Below, one piece after another: positions 52,605-63,474 of a stretch of 64,000 nucleotides of DNA (position 1 is its first letter; every line of letters starts with the position of its first letter). Origin of the DNA: Marsupella aquatica (taxonomy: Eukaryota; Plantae; Marchantiophyta); assembly GCA_973895155.1 (NCBI GenBank), contig OZ316896.1, positions 15,562,576 through 15,626,575 of the forward strand, given 5' to 3'. The position numbers and the translations under genes were made by a program. The notes beneath the pieces are model-generated. The model saw nothing but the letters and a program-made list of their open reading frames with translations, was not told where the DNA came from and did no database searches.

Positions 52605-53392
52605 GTCGATCATCTGTTTCAATAGAATTTCTGTGGATCGACGAAGGACGGGAAGTTACCGGTTGTAGACGTTTTCTTGGCCGTTGCAAATCAAACTTAG
52701 TTTATACCGATTGATAAAGAGCAGAACTGGTTGTAGACTTACTATATAACCCAGTGCAGAACTTGAGTCAGGGGTCTTTAATTCTAGTAGTCACCTCTGG
52801 AACAAATTCTTGGTAAGCCTACGTACCCCAGCATTGAACCATGTACGTTCACAAATTATCTTAGTTGATGATCTGTTTCAATAGAGCTTATGTGGATAAA
52901 AAAAGGACGGGAAGTTACGGTGGAAGACGTTTTTTTGGACTTGCAAATCAAACTTAGTTTATACCCATAGAGAATGAAAGAACCGGTTGTGGACTGAATA
53001 AATTATAAATCAGTGCCGAATTTGAGTCAGAGGCTTGTCATTTTAGTCAGGGGCTTGTCATTTTAGTAGTCTCCTCTGGAACAAATTCTTGGTAAGCTTT
53101 TACTCCAGCATTCAACCATGTACGTTCACAAACTATCTTATGATAATCTGTTTCAATAGAATTTTATATATGGGAGACCCAAAAGGACAGGAAGCTACAG
53201 TTCCCACTGGTTGTAGGCGTTTTTTTTTGGCCTTGCAAATTAATCCGGGTGCAAATCAAACTTATTTTATACCCATAAAGAATGAAGTGGACTTAATATA
53301 ACTCAGTGCAGAATTGGAGTTATGGGCTTATCATTTTAGTATTCTCTGGAACAAATTATTGGTAAACCTACCCCAGCATGGAACCATGTACC
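52605..53392. repeat. Tandem repeat, about 265-bp unit x3
   Basis: 'atctgtttcaataga...ggacgggaagttac...gcaaatcaaactta.tttatacc...ctctggaacaaatt.ttggtaa...aaccatgtac' begins at about 52612, 52871 and 53146. Confidence 0.85.
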
Positions 53393-55139
53393 TGCCTGCA
53401 CACATGATCGTATGACCAGGAGGGCAACAGTGGTCAATCTTCCTAATATAAAACTCTCAGGCATGCAAGTTGAGATCTTAGAAAAAATCAATCACATGAC
53501 CTGAAACCTGACTGGTTAGGTACTACTACGCACAAGTGACGTGAGGACTTGGGAATATTGACAGAGTGAGGGTACAACCGCAAGAAAGTTTGCTAAAATA
53601 TGATTCGAATAATCTGATATGATGGAGTGGACCTAGTTAGTTTAATTAAATCACCCAAGTGGAAGCTTTGATAAACACAAACTTTTGGGACGTTTGGGTT
53701 GATCCCTCGATAGACAGGTGAAACCTTGATGAACACAGCTGAGATGATATTTAAAGTTACTCTGACAGCATGTTTTACACTTCTACTCCTAAGATGACAT
53801 GTAAACATGGCATGGGCTCGTTAAATATTCTGTCCATGTAAACTACCTCTAGTGAATCATGAACTCCATTCACTAGTAAAAGGAGTTTGGTTCCCTTGGT
53901 TGCATGACTACCGTTTATACCAGGCCCTTGAGTGGTCACGATAGACTGAACAATGTATATTCCTGTTTTTGATAATACTGTCTACTAGCTGGGGTCATTT
54001 TTGTACCTCATCACAGTCCCAAATCTTCACATTGTAAGGTTTCGGGAGTATCATGGCATTCTAAGTTCCTGGCTCAGAATTATTGCGAGCTGTTAGTGTT
54101 GCCCCGGAGTGTTGCTTGAACAATGGACTTTGAATCTTTGAGGGTGGACGAAGAGACGAAACTTACAGACTTTTTCTCGAAGCATTACAGTTCAAAGGAT
54201 TGATTCGTTCGATGAGAAGTATGAATGATGCAGAAGCCAATTCAACAAAATGGCCGCGCGCGCAAACACGTACGTGTGATCATCTATGACTGCTGCTGCC
54301 ACTGTCTACAGTATCATTCAGTAGTTGCTACCGACTTCGGTCTGGAGTGGTCTGCTTCATACCAGACCGTCGAGCTCGCTACACTCCACAACTTGCTGCC
54401 CTCGGTCCCTTCAGTGCCAGTATGATCAGAATCGTCATCACTCGAGGATTGAAGGAGACCGCAGGACTGTAATCTGCTGCTCAGTTTGTTCAAGACAGTC
54501 CTCAGTCGGCTGAAATGGACAGTACTGTAGTAACTTCATTCATTGAGGCCATGGCAGGCCAGGCCAGGCCAGGCTGCACAGTGTCATGCCTTTCAAGGGA
54601 GAGGGAAAGTGGATCTAACTTGAATGTCCAGTGTGATCGTTTTACTTTCAGTAAACAAAATTACAAAGTTTCTGTTCGAGATTGTGCAGAGTGACTGATC
54701 GGGTGGTCTTCCCCATGCTCACTCATGAGTAAGTTGTCTGTGGCCCAAAATTTGTCCTCAGCGACGCACTTCTCTGTCCCTGCCTACTGCCTCTTATTCT
54801 TTCTAGATGTGCGGTGTTTCCCACTGGATGGACCAGAAATGACGAGAAAAATATCCTCTGACGTAGGCAAACCTTGCACTAGGTAGGGTATCAAACAGTT
54901 TTTATTGTTTATTTGGTCTTCAGAGGATTCATTCATATATAATTCATTCGAGTGAAGGAAATAAATCACCAAGTTCACTCCTCACCCCAATCATCACACT
55001 TTTTCTGATCTGGTCAGGGCTCGTCTTCTTTCCAGTTTGGGCATAGGCAGGGGCCTGGCTTTCGACTAGCCCATTGTGGTCGGTTCCAGGGTCGGTTTGG
55101 GGGGCCTGGCTTTCGACTAGCACATTGTGGGCTCCCTTT

Positions 55140-55880
55140 TGTATAAGCTCTTTTTCTTCACTGTGTCCACACGCCTCAGGCTTGGTCTTCCCCACCCTTG
55201 CCTGTTGGGCCAGCCCACGTGTGTCTGCAGAGGCCATTGGATGGGTCCAGAGCAGTATTCACATTCTTCGATGTGGTCATGGTAGTGAGAGGACCACTAA
55301 CCACAATGACATTTGCAATGTGGTCACTGCCATTGCAAGATTTAATTGATGCAGCTGATGAAGATTCAAAGAATGCTACGATTCATTTTGAAAAACAGAG
55401 AGCTATCGAGCAAGTTCGACAACAAGTGACTCAGGATACCATGTGTCCATAGAGCAGAGTCATGTTTTTCCCTCCTCGCGACGGTGTTGCTGATTGCCGC
55501 CATGCTGACCTCGTCTTTTCCGGTGCTGGAGTTCGGACCCTCAGGGATGTGGTTGTTGTGGACCCTACTAGTGGGGCCAATGTTGCCCAGGATGTTACCA
55601 CGGCAGCTCATGTCCCTGGTCACGCAGCTAGCTCTAGGCTGCACAATTAAAAGAGGAAGCCTATGCTATTTGGTACCCTGACGATCTCTTCTACCCCTTT
55701 GCCGTCGGTTGAGGTTTTTGGGGTGGTTCACCCAACCTTTGACTGCTTCTTACAATCTTGTGCGATTGCTTATGTTGCATGAAGACCTTATCCACCAGTG
55801 TCTGTCATCATAGCCTTTTTTTACCTATAGAGAGTGTCAGTTGCACTCTAGCGGGCTCAGACATTCACTATTTTTCCCAG
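55140..55880 (+). mobile_element. Degraded 3' portion of an RLE-type (CRE/NeSL/R2-group-like) non-LTR retrotransposon
   Basis: Frame-hopping translation gives [10 protein letters not shown]...CVC...[18 protein letters not shown] (Zn knuckle and RH-like motif), [17 protein letters not shown]...RTLRDVVVVDPT (PD-D-like), QLKEEAY (K..Y), LFYPFAV.EVFG and YL*RVSVAL*RAQ (QRxSVALQR). This is the conserved restriction-like endonuclease C-terminus. Confidence 0.7.
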
Positions 55881-55882
55881 GG

Positions 55883-56598
55883 TGTCGTGACATATAGTAT
55901 CGTAGCCATAGTGTATCGAAAACATACAAGTCACCGGCAAGGCATATGTGCAAGCTGCTAGCAACCAACATGCATAGAAAAAGTCCAATCACATTCACAA
56001 GTGCCAAGAAAAAGCAAATGAAGTGGTATGTACGTAGTGGAGGTGTAAACCTATGTATTATAAAAGGCGTGATAGAAACAAGTGTACTGAAATCGAATCG
56101 AAAACCGACGGGATGTCAAGATCGGCCGGGAGCATCTAACGAATCATTGTGTGAATCCCGTGTACGAAACCGACGAGCACTGTCTGAGCTCTGTCGACAG
56201 CGATTCAAGAAGAACTGAAAACCCACAAAGAAAAACATGCCCTAAATAAACAAAGTCCTAGCGTCACACTAACAAGCGCGTTTGCTTCAAGATCGCCTGG
56301 CATTTGCTATAAGAACATGTCGCTAACTCAAGTCGTACACTAGCCCTAACTACATACCTAGCGGGCATGCGAGGGACATGCCGATGTGCATAAGAGGCAC
56401 TGTCCCTCGGCATGATAGCTATCGTGACATATAGTATCGTAGCCATAGTGTATCAAAAACATACAAGTCACCGACAAGGCATATGTGCAAGCTGCTAGCA
56501 ACCAACATGCATAGAAAAAGTCCAATTAATCACATTCACAAGTGCCAAGAAAAAGCAAATGAAGTGGTATGTACGTAGTGGAGGTGTAAACCTCTATA
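55883..56598 (-). repeat. Putative 3' LTR containing a direct repeat of about 170 bp at both ends
   Basis: It follows the PPT (GGGGGGGGA on the minus strand), starts TA (probably a decayed TG) and ends CA. 55885-56052 is nearly identical to 56422-56593. The partner LTR is not visible, so the boundaries are inferred. Confidence 0.65.
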
Positions 56599-56639
56599 TC
56601 CCCCCCCAGACCACAGCCAAAAGGAGGGCTGAAGAAAAT

Positions 56640-57910
56640 TCAGGTAGCACGTGGAGCACAGGAAGGGCAAAACCATAACCCTTCTGGCACCTGGGTAAGT
56701 TCAGGCCGAAGGCAGAAAAGATGGTACCCTCCATTGCAATTGTCACACAGCAGCATCTGGTCAACATCATCAATTCGCAAACACACTTTGCAAGGGTAGT
56801 CCACAGGTGGAATCCAGGTAGAAGTCACAATGGTGGGATCCAGGTTAGGCAGATGACAAGGGGCGCAATTCTTGGCATTGTCAGCAATTGTGCGCCCATC
56901 TGCCCCTTGTAACTCTAGCACTCCAGACGGTCGAATAGCTTTAACCCTGAGAATAGTACGACTGGTAGAGGTGTCCAGGGTGTCATTAGCTTGCCGCTGC
57001 AAGTACACAAAATCTCCCACATCAAACTTCCTGACCTTGGGCTGAAAAGTGCCCCCTCGTGTGTGTGCATAACGCAGTGTGTCCCTGTGTTGTGCAATGG
57101 CCAAATTCTCCATGGCCATGGGCATAACCCTCCTGAATAGGGCAGCCCTCTCAGAGATCACATCAGACCAAGTCATAGTTGAATCCAAGTCCACCACCTG
57201 AAGCATGTGAGCAACAATAGCAGAAGGTGGAACTGGGTGACGACCAAACAACAAGAAGTAGGGAGAAAAGTTAGACAATAATGCATGTCTGGACATCCTA
57301 TACCCCATGGCAATGTAGGGTAAGGCCAGGTCCCAATTCTCCTTGTTTTTGGTGAGGCAGATCTTCCGGAGATCCTTCTTGCATGTCTGAACCATGCGCT
57401 CTGCCAAGCCATCTGCTTGTGGGTGATCTCGTGATGTTCGGCGATGATCAATGAGGGCCTGATCAAGCAGCTCCTAGAACTCTCCTCTGAACTCTGATTC
57501 TTGGTCAGTGAGACATTCTGCACAAGCTCCAAAGCGACTGAGAACTTGTTGCAAGAATGCCTGGCTGGTGCTATGGGAGGTCTTATTGTGCAATGCCACA
57601 AGTTCTATCCACTTGGAGAAATGCTCTATCATGATCATGATGTAGAGATTACCCCGAGATGTGAGAGGTAATTCTCCAGCCAAATCACATGACCAACGAT
57701 AAAACATGCCCTGAATAGAGAGTGGATGAAGTGTGGGTTGCCGAGATGTGAAAGAAGTCCTTACCCTATCACACTGCTCACACCGGGCAATAACATCTTG
57801 AACCTGGCCATGCATGCCTCTCCAATGATAATGGGGGACCAAGAGGCTATAAGTCCTCTTAACACCAAAATGACCAAGCTCAGAATGTACCTTACGGATA
57901 AGGCCAACCC
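56640..57910 (-). pseudogene. Retrotransposon integrase (HHCC plus DDE) fused to a C-terminal PHD finger
   Basis: HSELGHFG...CEQC zinc-binding motif, and WSCDLAG / LTDQESEF / GLAERMV catalytic triad. One in-frame TAG at 57474. The C-terminus CKVC...LLCDNCNGGYHLFCL...PEGLWFCPSC is a C4HC3 PHD finger. Confidence 0.92.
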
Positions 57911-57912
57911 TC

Positions 57913-59568
57913 TCATGAATGGGTCACTTCCCTGTCTGGCAGGCAGCGCACAAGATGATCTCCCTTCCACAAGTAGCGCTTGGACCTTTGCTGAATTCGG
58001 TCTCTCTGGGCAGCGTAACATGGGTGGGGTACTCCCCATGCTGCAGAAATTTCAGTGTCGTTGTCCTCCCATATGTCCACCACAGGTTGGTCAACAATGT
58101 AGCATGGCAGCAAAGCAAGATAGGTAGATGCATGAAATGTAGGCAGGATAGAAACCTGGTCAAAATCCTGCCGTGCATCTGAGGAATCATCAGAGGTAAT
58201 CAAAGGGCTACGGGACATAGTGTCAGCATTCTGATGTGTCACACCAGGCCTATGAATTACCTCAAAGTCATACTCCTGGAGTATGAGCACCCAACGAGCA
58301 AGCTTGCCAGTAAGCTTGTCATTGGTCATCAACCACTTCAAGGGCTGGTGGTTGGTGTAGAGGACAAGCCTGGTCCCATAGAGGTAGGGCCTGTAATGTA
58401 TGACAGCCCACACAACAGCAAGGCATTCACCCTCATACGAAGAATAATGACTCTCTGCCTGATTGTTGCTCCTGGATGCATAGGCAATGACGTACTCTTT
58501 ACCTTCCTCATCATGTTGGCCCAGAATGGCACCAATCCTAAGGGCACTCCAATTTGTGTGTAGCACAAAGACCTTGCTGAAATCAGGTCTTCTCAACACC
58601 GGGTATTCTGAGAGCTTCTCCTTCAAAGTGGCAAATGCTGCCTCAGCATCTGTACTCCATGTCCAAGTCACATTCTTTTTCAACAAAGCATACAATGGGT
58701 GTGCAATGGTGCTGAAATCTTTGATGTAGATCCGATAGTAATTGCACAACCCAATAAAACTCCTCAAAGTGTGAACATCGGTAGGAGTGGGCATTTCCAA
58801 GATGGATACCACCTTGGCCCAGTGAGCCATGGTTCCATTTGGAAGAATGCGGTGCCCAAGGTATACTACTGATCTGACAGCAAATTCACACTTCTTGGGG
58901 TGTATCTTTAGGTTCACCTTCTTAAGCCTCATGAATAGCTCCTCAAGGTCAAGTAGATGTCGGTCAAATCCTTTGCTGTGGACCAACACATCATCAATGT
59001 AGCATTTCAGAAACTCAGCACCTTGAAGAACCTGGTCCATGACTCTTTGAAAGAATATGGGCGCATTCTTCAAGCCAAATGGCATCACCAACCACTCCCA
59101 TAGTTGGTTACTGCCATGGAAAGCTATTTTCTTGCGGTCCTTTGCAAGCAGCAAAATCTGGTTAAAGCCTTGCCTTAGATCCACAAGAGTGAAGATGTTT
59201 GAGTCTCCAATGCTGTCAAATAGCTCCTCTAGCCGTGGCATGGGGTACCTGTCCTGGGGTGTGACCAGGTTCAGTGGCCTGTAGTCCCCACACATGCGCT
59301 TCTCTGTCCATAATCCACTGGAATCCTTCTTTGCTGGCATCACTGTAGCTGCTGAAAAATGTGATGTAGATGGCTGAATAAGACCAGCTTCATAGAGCTC
59401 TTGGCACCTCTCTTCCACCAGCTGCCACTCATGCTTACTCAAATGGTGCCTCCGACTGAAGATAGGTGTTTCATCAGCCAACTCAATGGAGAACTGCACG
59501 GTCTTGCACTTACCCAAGTCCTTCATAGAGAAAGCAAACACGTTCTCATGCAAGTGACCAGAAGCCAA
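57913..59568 (-). pseudogene. Retrotransposon reverse transcriptase and RNase H (Gypsy type)
   Basis: RMCGDYRPLN, DLRQGFNQI, MPFGLKNAP, YIDDVLVHS, FIGLCNYYR, LHTNWS (TD->TN), YEGECLAVVWA, YTNHQPL (TDH->TNH), NADTMSR. Frameshifts occur near 58020-58050. Confidence 0.95.
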
Positions 59569-60510
59569 GTGAGAGCATTAAGATCCATTACCCTGTCAAG
59601 TAAAGCATTCCTGGCCAGCTTGGTGATTTTGGTGTGGCATGTAGTACTGGGTTGGAAGCCCATAGCCCGTTCTCTCTCCTCAGGACTAGGTTCATCCCTT
59701 GTACCGGTAGAATGTCGGTAAACCAGGCCAGGACCATCACCCTGAAAAGCATGTGCACCTGGAAAGGACACAAATGTAGGCCAAGCAGCATGGGGCTATC
59801 CAATGGTATTGGCTGGATACCAAGGTGCTGGCTCTCGCCATGTAACTGGTTGGCAAGAACTGTCAGGATCCAAAATCTGGTCCACTATGAGGTTAGTGTC
59901 CCTGGATGTGTGGTGAAGAGCTAACTCCAACAAGGAAGGTGGTGCAAGGTTAGTCCAAAAGTTACGAAGACGATGTGCATAAGAACCACAGTGTACTGCA
60001 TCAATGAGAAGGGGTGGTCCCAAGTAGTGTTGGACCACACTGAAATCCTCTTTGACCTGTGGACGCTGGTCAAACTGAGATGGAGTATTCTCAATGATAT
60101 AACCAACAACATGATAAAGGGATTGAGCCCAAGTGAGAATCTGAACCAATGCTGTGAAAAGGCCAGAACGAGAATCATGCAGTCCAGCACCGTGACCAAC
60201 AGCTGAAAACCCTTGGCATTCCCAACCAGCTATGATCAAATCAAGGGAGCCAAGAAGGGTTAAGTGCCGGTGCTGGACAAGCTGGATATCTGGAGGAAAG
60301 AAAGAAAATGCAAACTTCCATGCACTGTGCGGAAACTGCTGGGGAAATTGCTCTAAAAATTCCAGCAGGCGGGATTCAACCACTTGCCTTGCACCTGGAT
60401 CAATGTCCACGTAGATGTACTGCTTCACCACCATGCCAGACTATAGGAGAGCTTCCAGGCCTGTAGAAATGCCACCAAAAAGCTCAAGCAATGTAAGGCC
60501 ATCCGGAGGA
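59545..60510 (-). pseudogene. DNMT3-like C5 cytosine DNA methyltransferase domain inside the retrotransposon polyprotein
   Basis: Motifs in canonical order: I LLELFGGI (FxGxG-type SAM binding), II YVDID, III DIQ, IV DLIIAGWECQGFS (catalytic Cys), then GLHDSRSGLF, VI YIIENT, VIII IDAVHCGSYAHRLRNFWTNL (compare DNMT3 AHRARYFWGNL), IX ERERAMGFQPSTT, X RNALLDRVMD. It is in frame with the upstream protease across TAG stops at 60441 and 59796. Confidence 0.88.
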
Positions 60511-60920
60511 GGAGTCCATGTAACTGGTGCACTCAAGATTGGGGCTATTGGTTGTCCATTGTGCTGCTCAAGGTCCTCAAATTTGCGCAATGCAGCCACC
60601 AAAGGTCCATGGGCTGCTTGGAGCCGTTGTACCACCTCTGGTTGATGATCCACGTTGCTGGAAAGTGTTGCTATACGTGCAGCAGCATGTGCAGTAGCCA
60701 CCTCATCATCATCCTCTTCAATCCAATCCTACAATGGGTGGTTGACATAGGTAGCTGTGTGCACTACTTTCAACACACAGTGGTGAGCCATAGGTGTATG
60801 GGCACCATGCAAATCAAGTGGAATGTAGCCCAAGTGTGAGCCATCCGTATGCCAATCAACTCTGTAGTATGCATGCTCATGCCAGTTGTCAATGGTAAAA
60901 CCTGGTGGGAACAAAGCCTC

Positions 60921-61230
60921 CTAGCCAATGAGCACATCATACGTAGTGGCATTGGTAACCAAACATCTGACTGGGAAATGCAATTCCTGATCTGTACCTC
61001 CATTAAAAGTGAGAGTGAGTAAAGTAGAACTCTCACCCAGCACATCCTCCACAGTGCCACTAGCAGTCCGAATGTGCCACCTGGATTGCTGTAAATGATC
61101 AGTCAACAGTCCCATCTTCTTGGCAAACTGAATGCCCAATATCACTGGTTGAGCACCTGTGTCTAGCATGACCACCTGAGGAGTGTGACCCTCCAACTTG
61201 ACCACTGAATTCCTGTTGTCAACAATGGCA
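60921..61230 (-). pseudogene. Retroviral-type aspartic protease
   Basis: VVMLDTGAQPVILG catalytic DTG, IRTASG flap and YDVLIG terminal motif. Confidence 0.88.
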
Positions 61231-62309
61231 ATGGTGGTGGAAACTGAAGTCCTATCACTAGGCACCACTCTCGGCAAATGATGAGGTACCTTGTGAAGGG
61301 AGTTAGTATCCACGGTCTTTCCACTCAACAATATAGCCAGGAAAGATGGAGCAGCATGACCAGAATCAAGTGTAGCTCTGGTCACACAATCAGCAGCAAT
61401 CGGTACTGGGGCAGCCAAACCAGTGGAAAAATGTAATGGAGAAGAAGAAGGTCCAGTATGTACATGAGATTGGACCTCCAAAACCGGTGTCACAGGGGCT
61501 GATGAAGAATGCAGTGAACCCTCTAGCGCTCTGATGACCGCTCTAGCATCCAGTTGTAAATCATGGCAACTGAAAAGTGGAGTTGTAAGAATCCTTTGTG
61601 CCATACTGGAGGTGAAATGCTCAAGCAGCTCAGGAGAAACAACTCCTTGTGAAATGTCAGCAGCACCTGGTGGTGGAATGGATGTAGCTGCAGCTCCCTC
61701 CCCCCTCGCCAACAAGGTGGGCTCTTCAGCAAGTGTGAGTGGCTGAATAGATTGGGGCATGATAGCCCGAGCTCCCCTGGCTCTAGTCATAGGACCGGCA
61801 GCAAGACCATCAGCCTGTACAATGCGGCGTGTGGGAGCAATACGAGAGGCAGCACTGGCCTGCTGGTAAGCAAAATAGGAAGGGCAGAATGAATCTGAAA
61901 ATTATGTTGTAAGGCCAGGCTGTGGAGCAAAGGACAACACACACTCACCCATATGAGCATCAAATGGCAAGCCATAGAAAGAGCCGGGTAGAGGTGCTGA
62001 ACTGTCAGTGGTGCCGGGGCCAGGGATGGGTTGCACGTGACCAGCCGGTTGAGAAGGACCAACAGAGGCAGTTGACTTGCCTTTGATGTTGGCAAGTTGG
62101 GCACGTAGGGACTCAACCTCATGAGTCAGAGACTGGAGTTGAGTTGCCTGTGCGTTGTGAGTCTCCTTCTGAGCTGGTTGCTTCTGTTGCTGCTTGGGCG
62201 GTTTGTTGGCACTGGATGCTTTGCCACTGGAAGGAGGAGCAGTTGATGCAGTAGGAACCCTCCTAGTTGGTGGGGGAGTGGAAGCAGGAGCATGAGGAGG
62301 GGCTTGCTG

Positions 62310-63474
62310 TCATAGCTGCTTCCTCTCTGGGAATTTGGCAAAACAAACTGCCTCCAAGTGACCCACTTTCCCACAAAAATCACAAGACAGGTCCTCAGCA
62401 ACAATATCACATTCATTAGCCTTGTGATTGGGGTTACCACAGTAGTTGCAAGATGGCAGCATGAAAGCAGCATGGGCTGGCTTGGTCTTGGAACCATACT
62501 GTGGCACACGGGAAGGGGTGGCCAGTGTAGGGGCAGCAGATTGGTACCTGGATCGCGGTGGACGTGCAATACTGGCCTCATAATGTGCATGGGCCAACTC
62601 AAGTTTCTGAGCAGTGTCATAGACATTGAGCAGGGTGTAGCTGTCTCCAAACTCTGAGAATACTTGCTGCAATACTTGCGAATGGAGAGCTGGTGTGCCC
62701 TCCAATGCGCGAAGATAGCGATGAGCAGCTTCCAGGTCAGTGATGCTCTGGGTGTCCTCCTTCAGCTTGAGAAGCCGGTGATACATCATCTTCAATGTTT
62801 CATCGCGCTGCCGCACAAAGGTGGCCAACTGCATGATTTTGTCAGCACTCTTGATTGGGAATTCCAATTTAAGAACCTGGAAAAACTCAGCCACTGGATC
62901 AGCAAAGGCAGGGAAATCAATGGTGGGATAAATGCCTGATGTAGCCTGTGCCAAGATAATGGGAGTAACTGGCGCCGTGGTAGGAACTGGAGTAGGAGGG
63001 GAAGTGGCAGGAGCAGTAGCATGGGTTGCAATGGTATTCTATAAGGCCAATTGTGAGGCTGCCGCAATTGCACTGGCATAGGCAGGGTTAGGCAATTGCA
63101 TGACAGCAAGCAGCCGTTGAGAGTGCTACTCATACACATCCAAAGCCTCATGGTGCACATACCTAGCTAGCTGCTTAAATGCAAATGCATTTGTGAAATT
63201 GCTGCCGTACTTCAACTCCAATTCGTAAATGATAGTGTAAAAAATGGATTTGAACTCACGCAAAGAAACAGTGCCTGGCCGCCCACTGAAGCGCTCAATG
63301 TGGCCAGATGAGTGACTGGCATCCACGCTGTATGTCGGTGAAGCTGGAACAATCACTGATGCAGAAGGAGTAAAGGGCAAAGAAGCGATAGTAGGCTTTG
63401 GGGTAGTGGTGAAGCGACCGCCAAATGTAGCAGAAGGGTTGCGTGGTGTGGGTGCTGCTGATGTCTGCTGACAT
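62310..63474 (-). pseudogene. Retrotransposon Gag with two CCHC zinc knuckles
   Basis: ERFSG...REF major-homology-like N-terminal region and RQRDETLKMMYHRL. Knuckles are CNYCGNPNHKANEC and CDFCGKVGHLEAVC. In-frame TAGs at 63126 and 63039. The start is uncertain. Confidence 0.85.

Noticed and set aside
16620-60510. Functional 'epigenetic cluster' linking the CLASSY-like gene and the TE-borne DNMT
   Set aside because: They are about 38 kb apart with an unrelated gene between them, and the DNMT arrived with a mobile element. Co-location is probably chance.
59545-60510. Host DRM/DNMT3 gene or bacterial restriction-modification methylase
   Set aside because: It is intronless, in frame with the retroviral protease and embedded between PR and RT. 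Its motif order is canonical rather than DRM-permuted.
57726-62939. Plus-strand ORFs overlapping the retrotransposon
   Set aside because: They are antisense shadows of gag-pol with no independent motifs.
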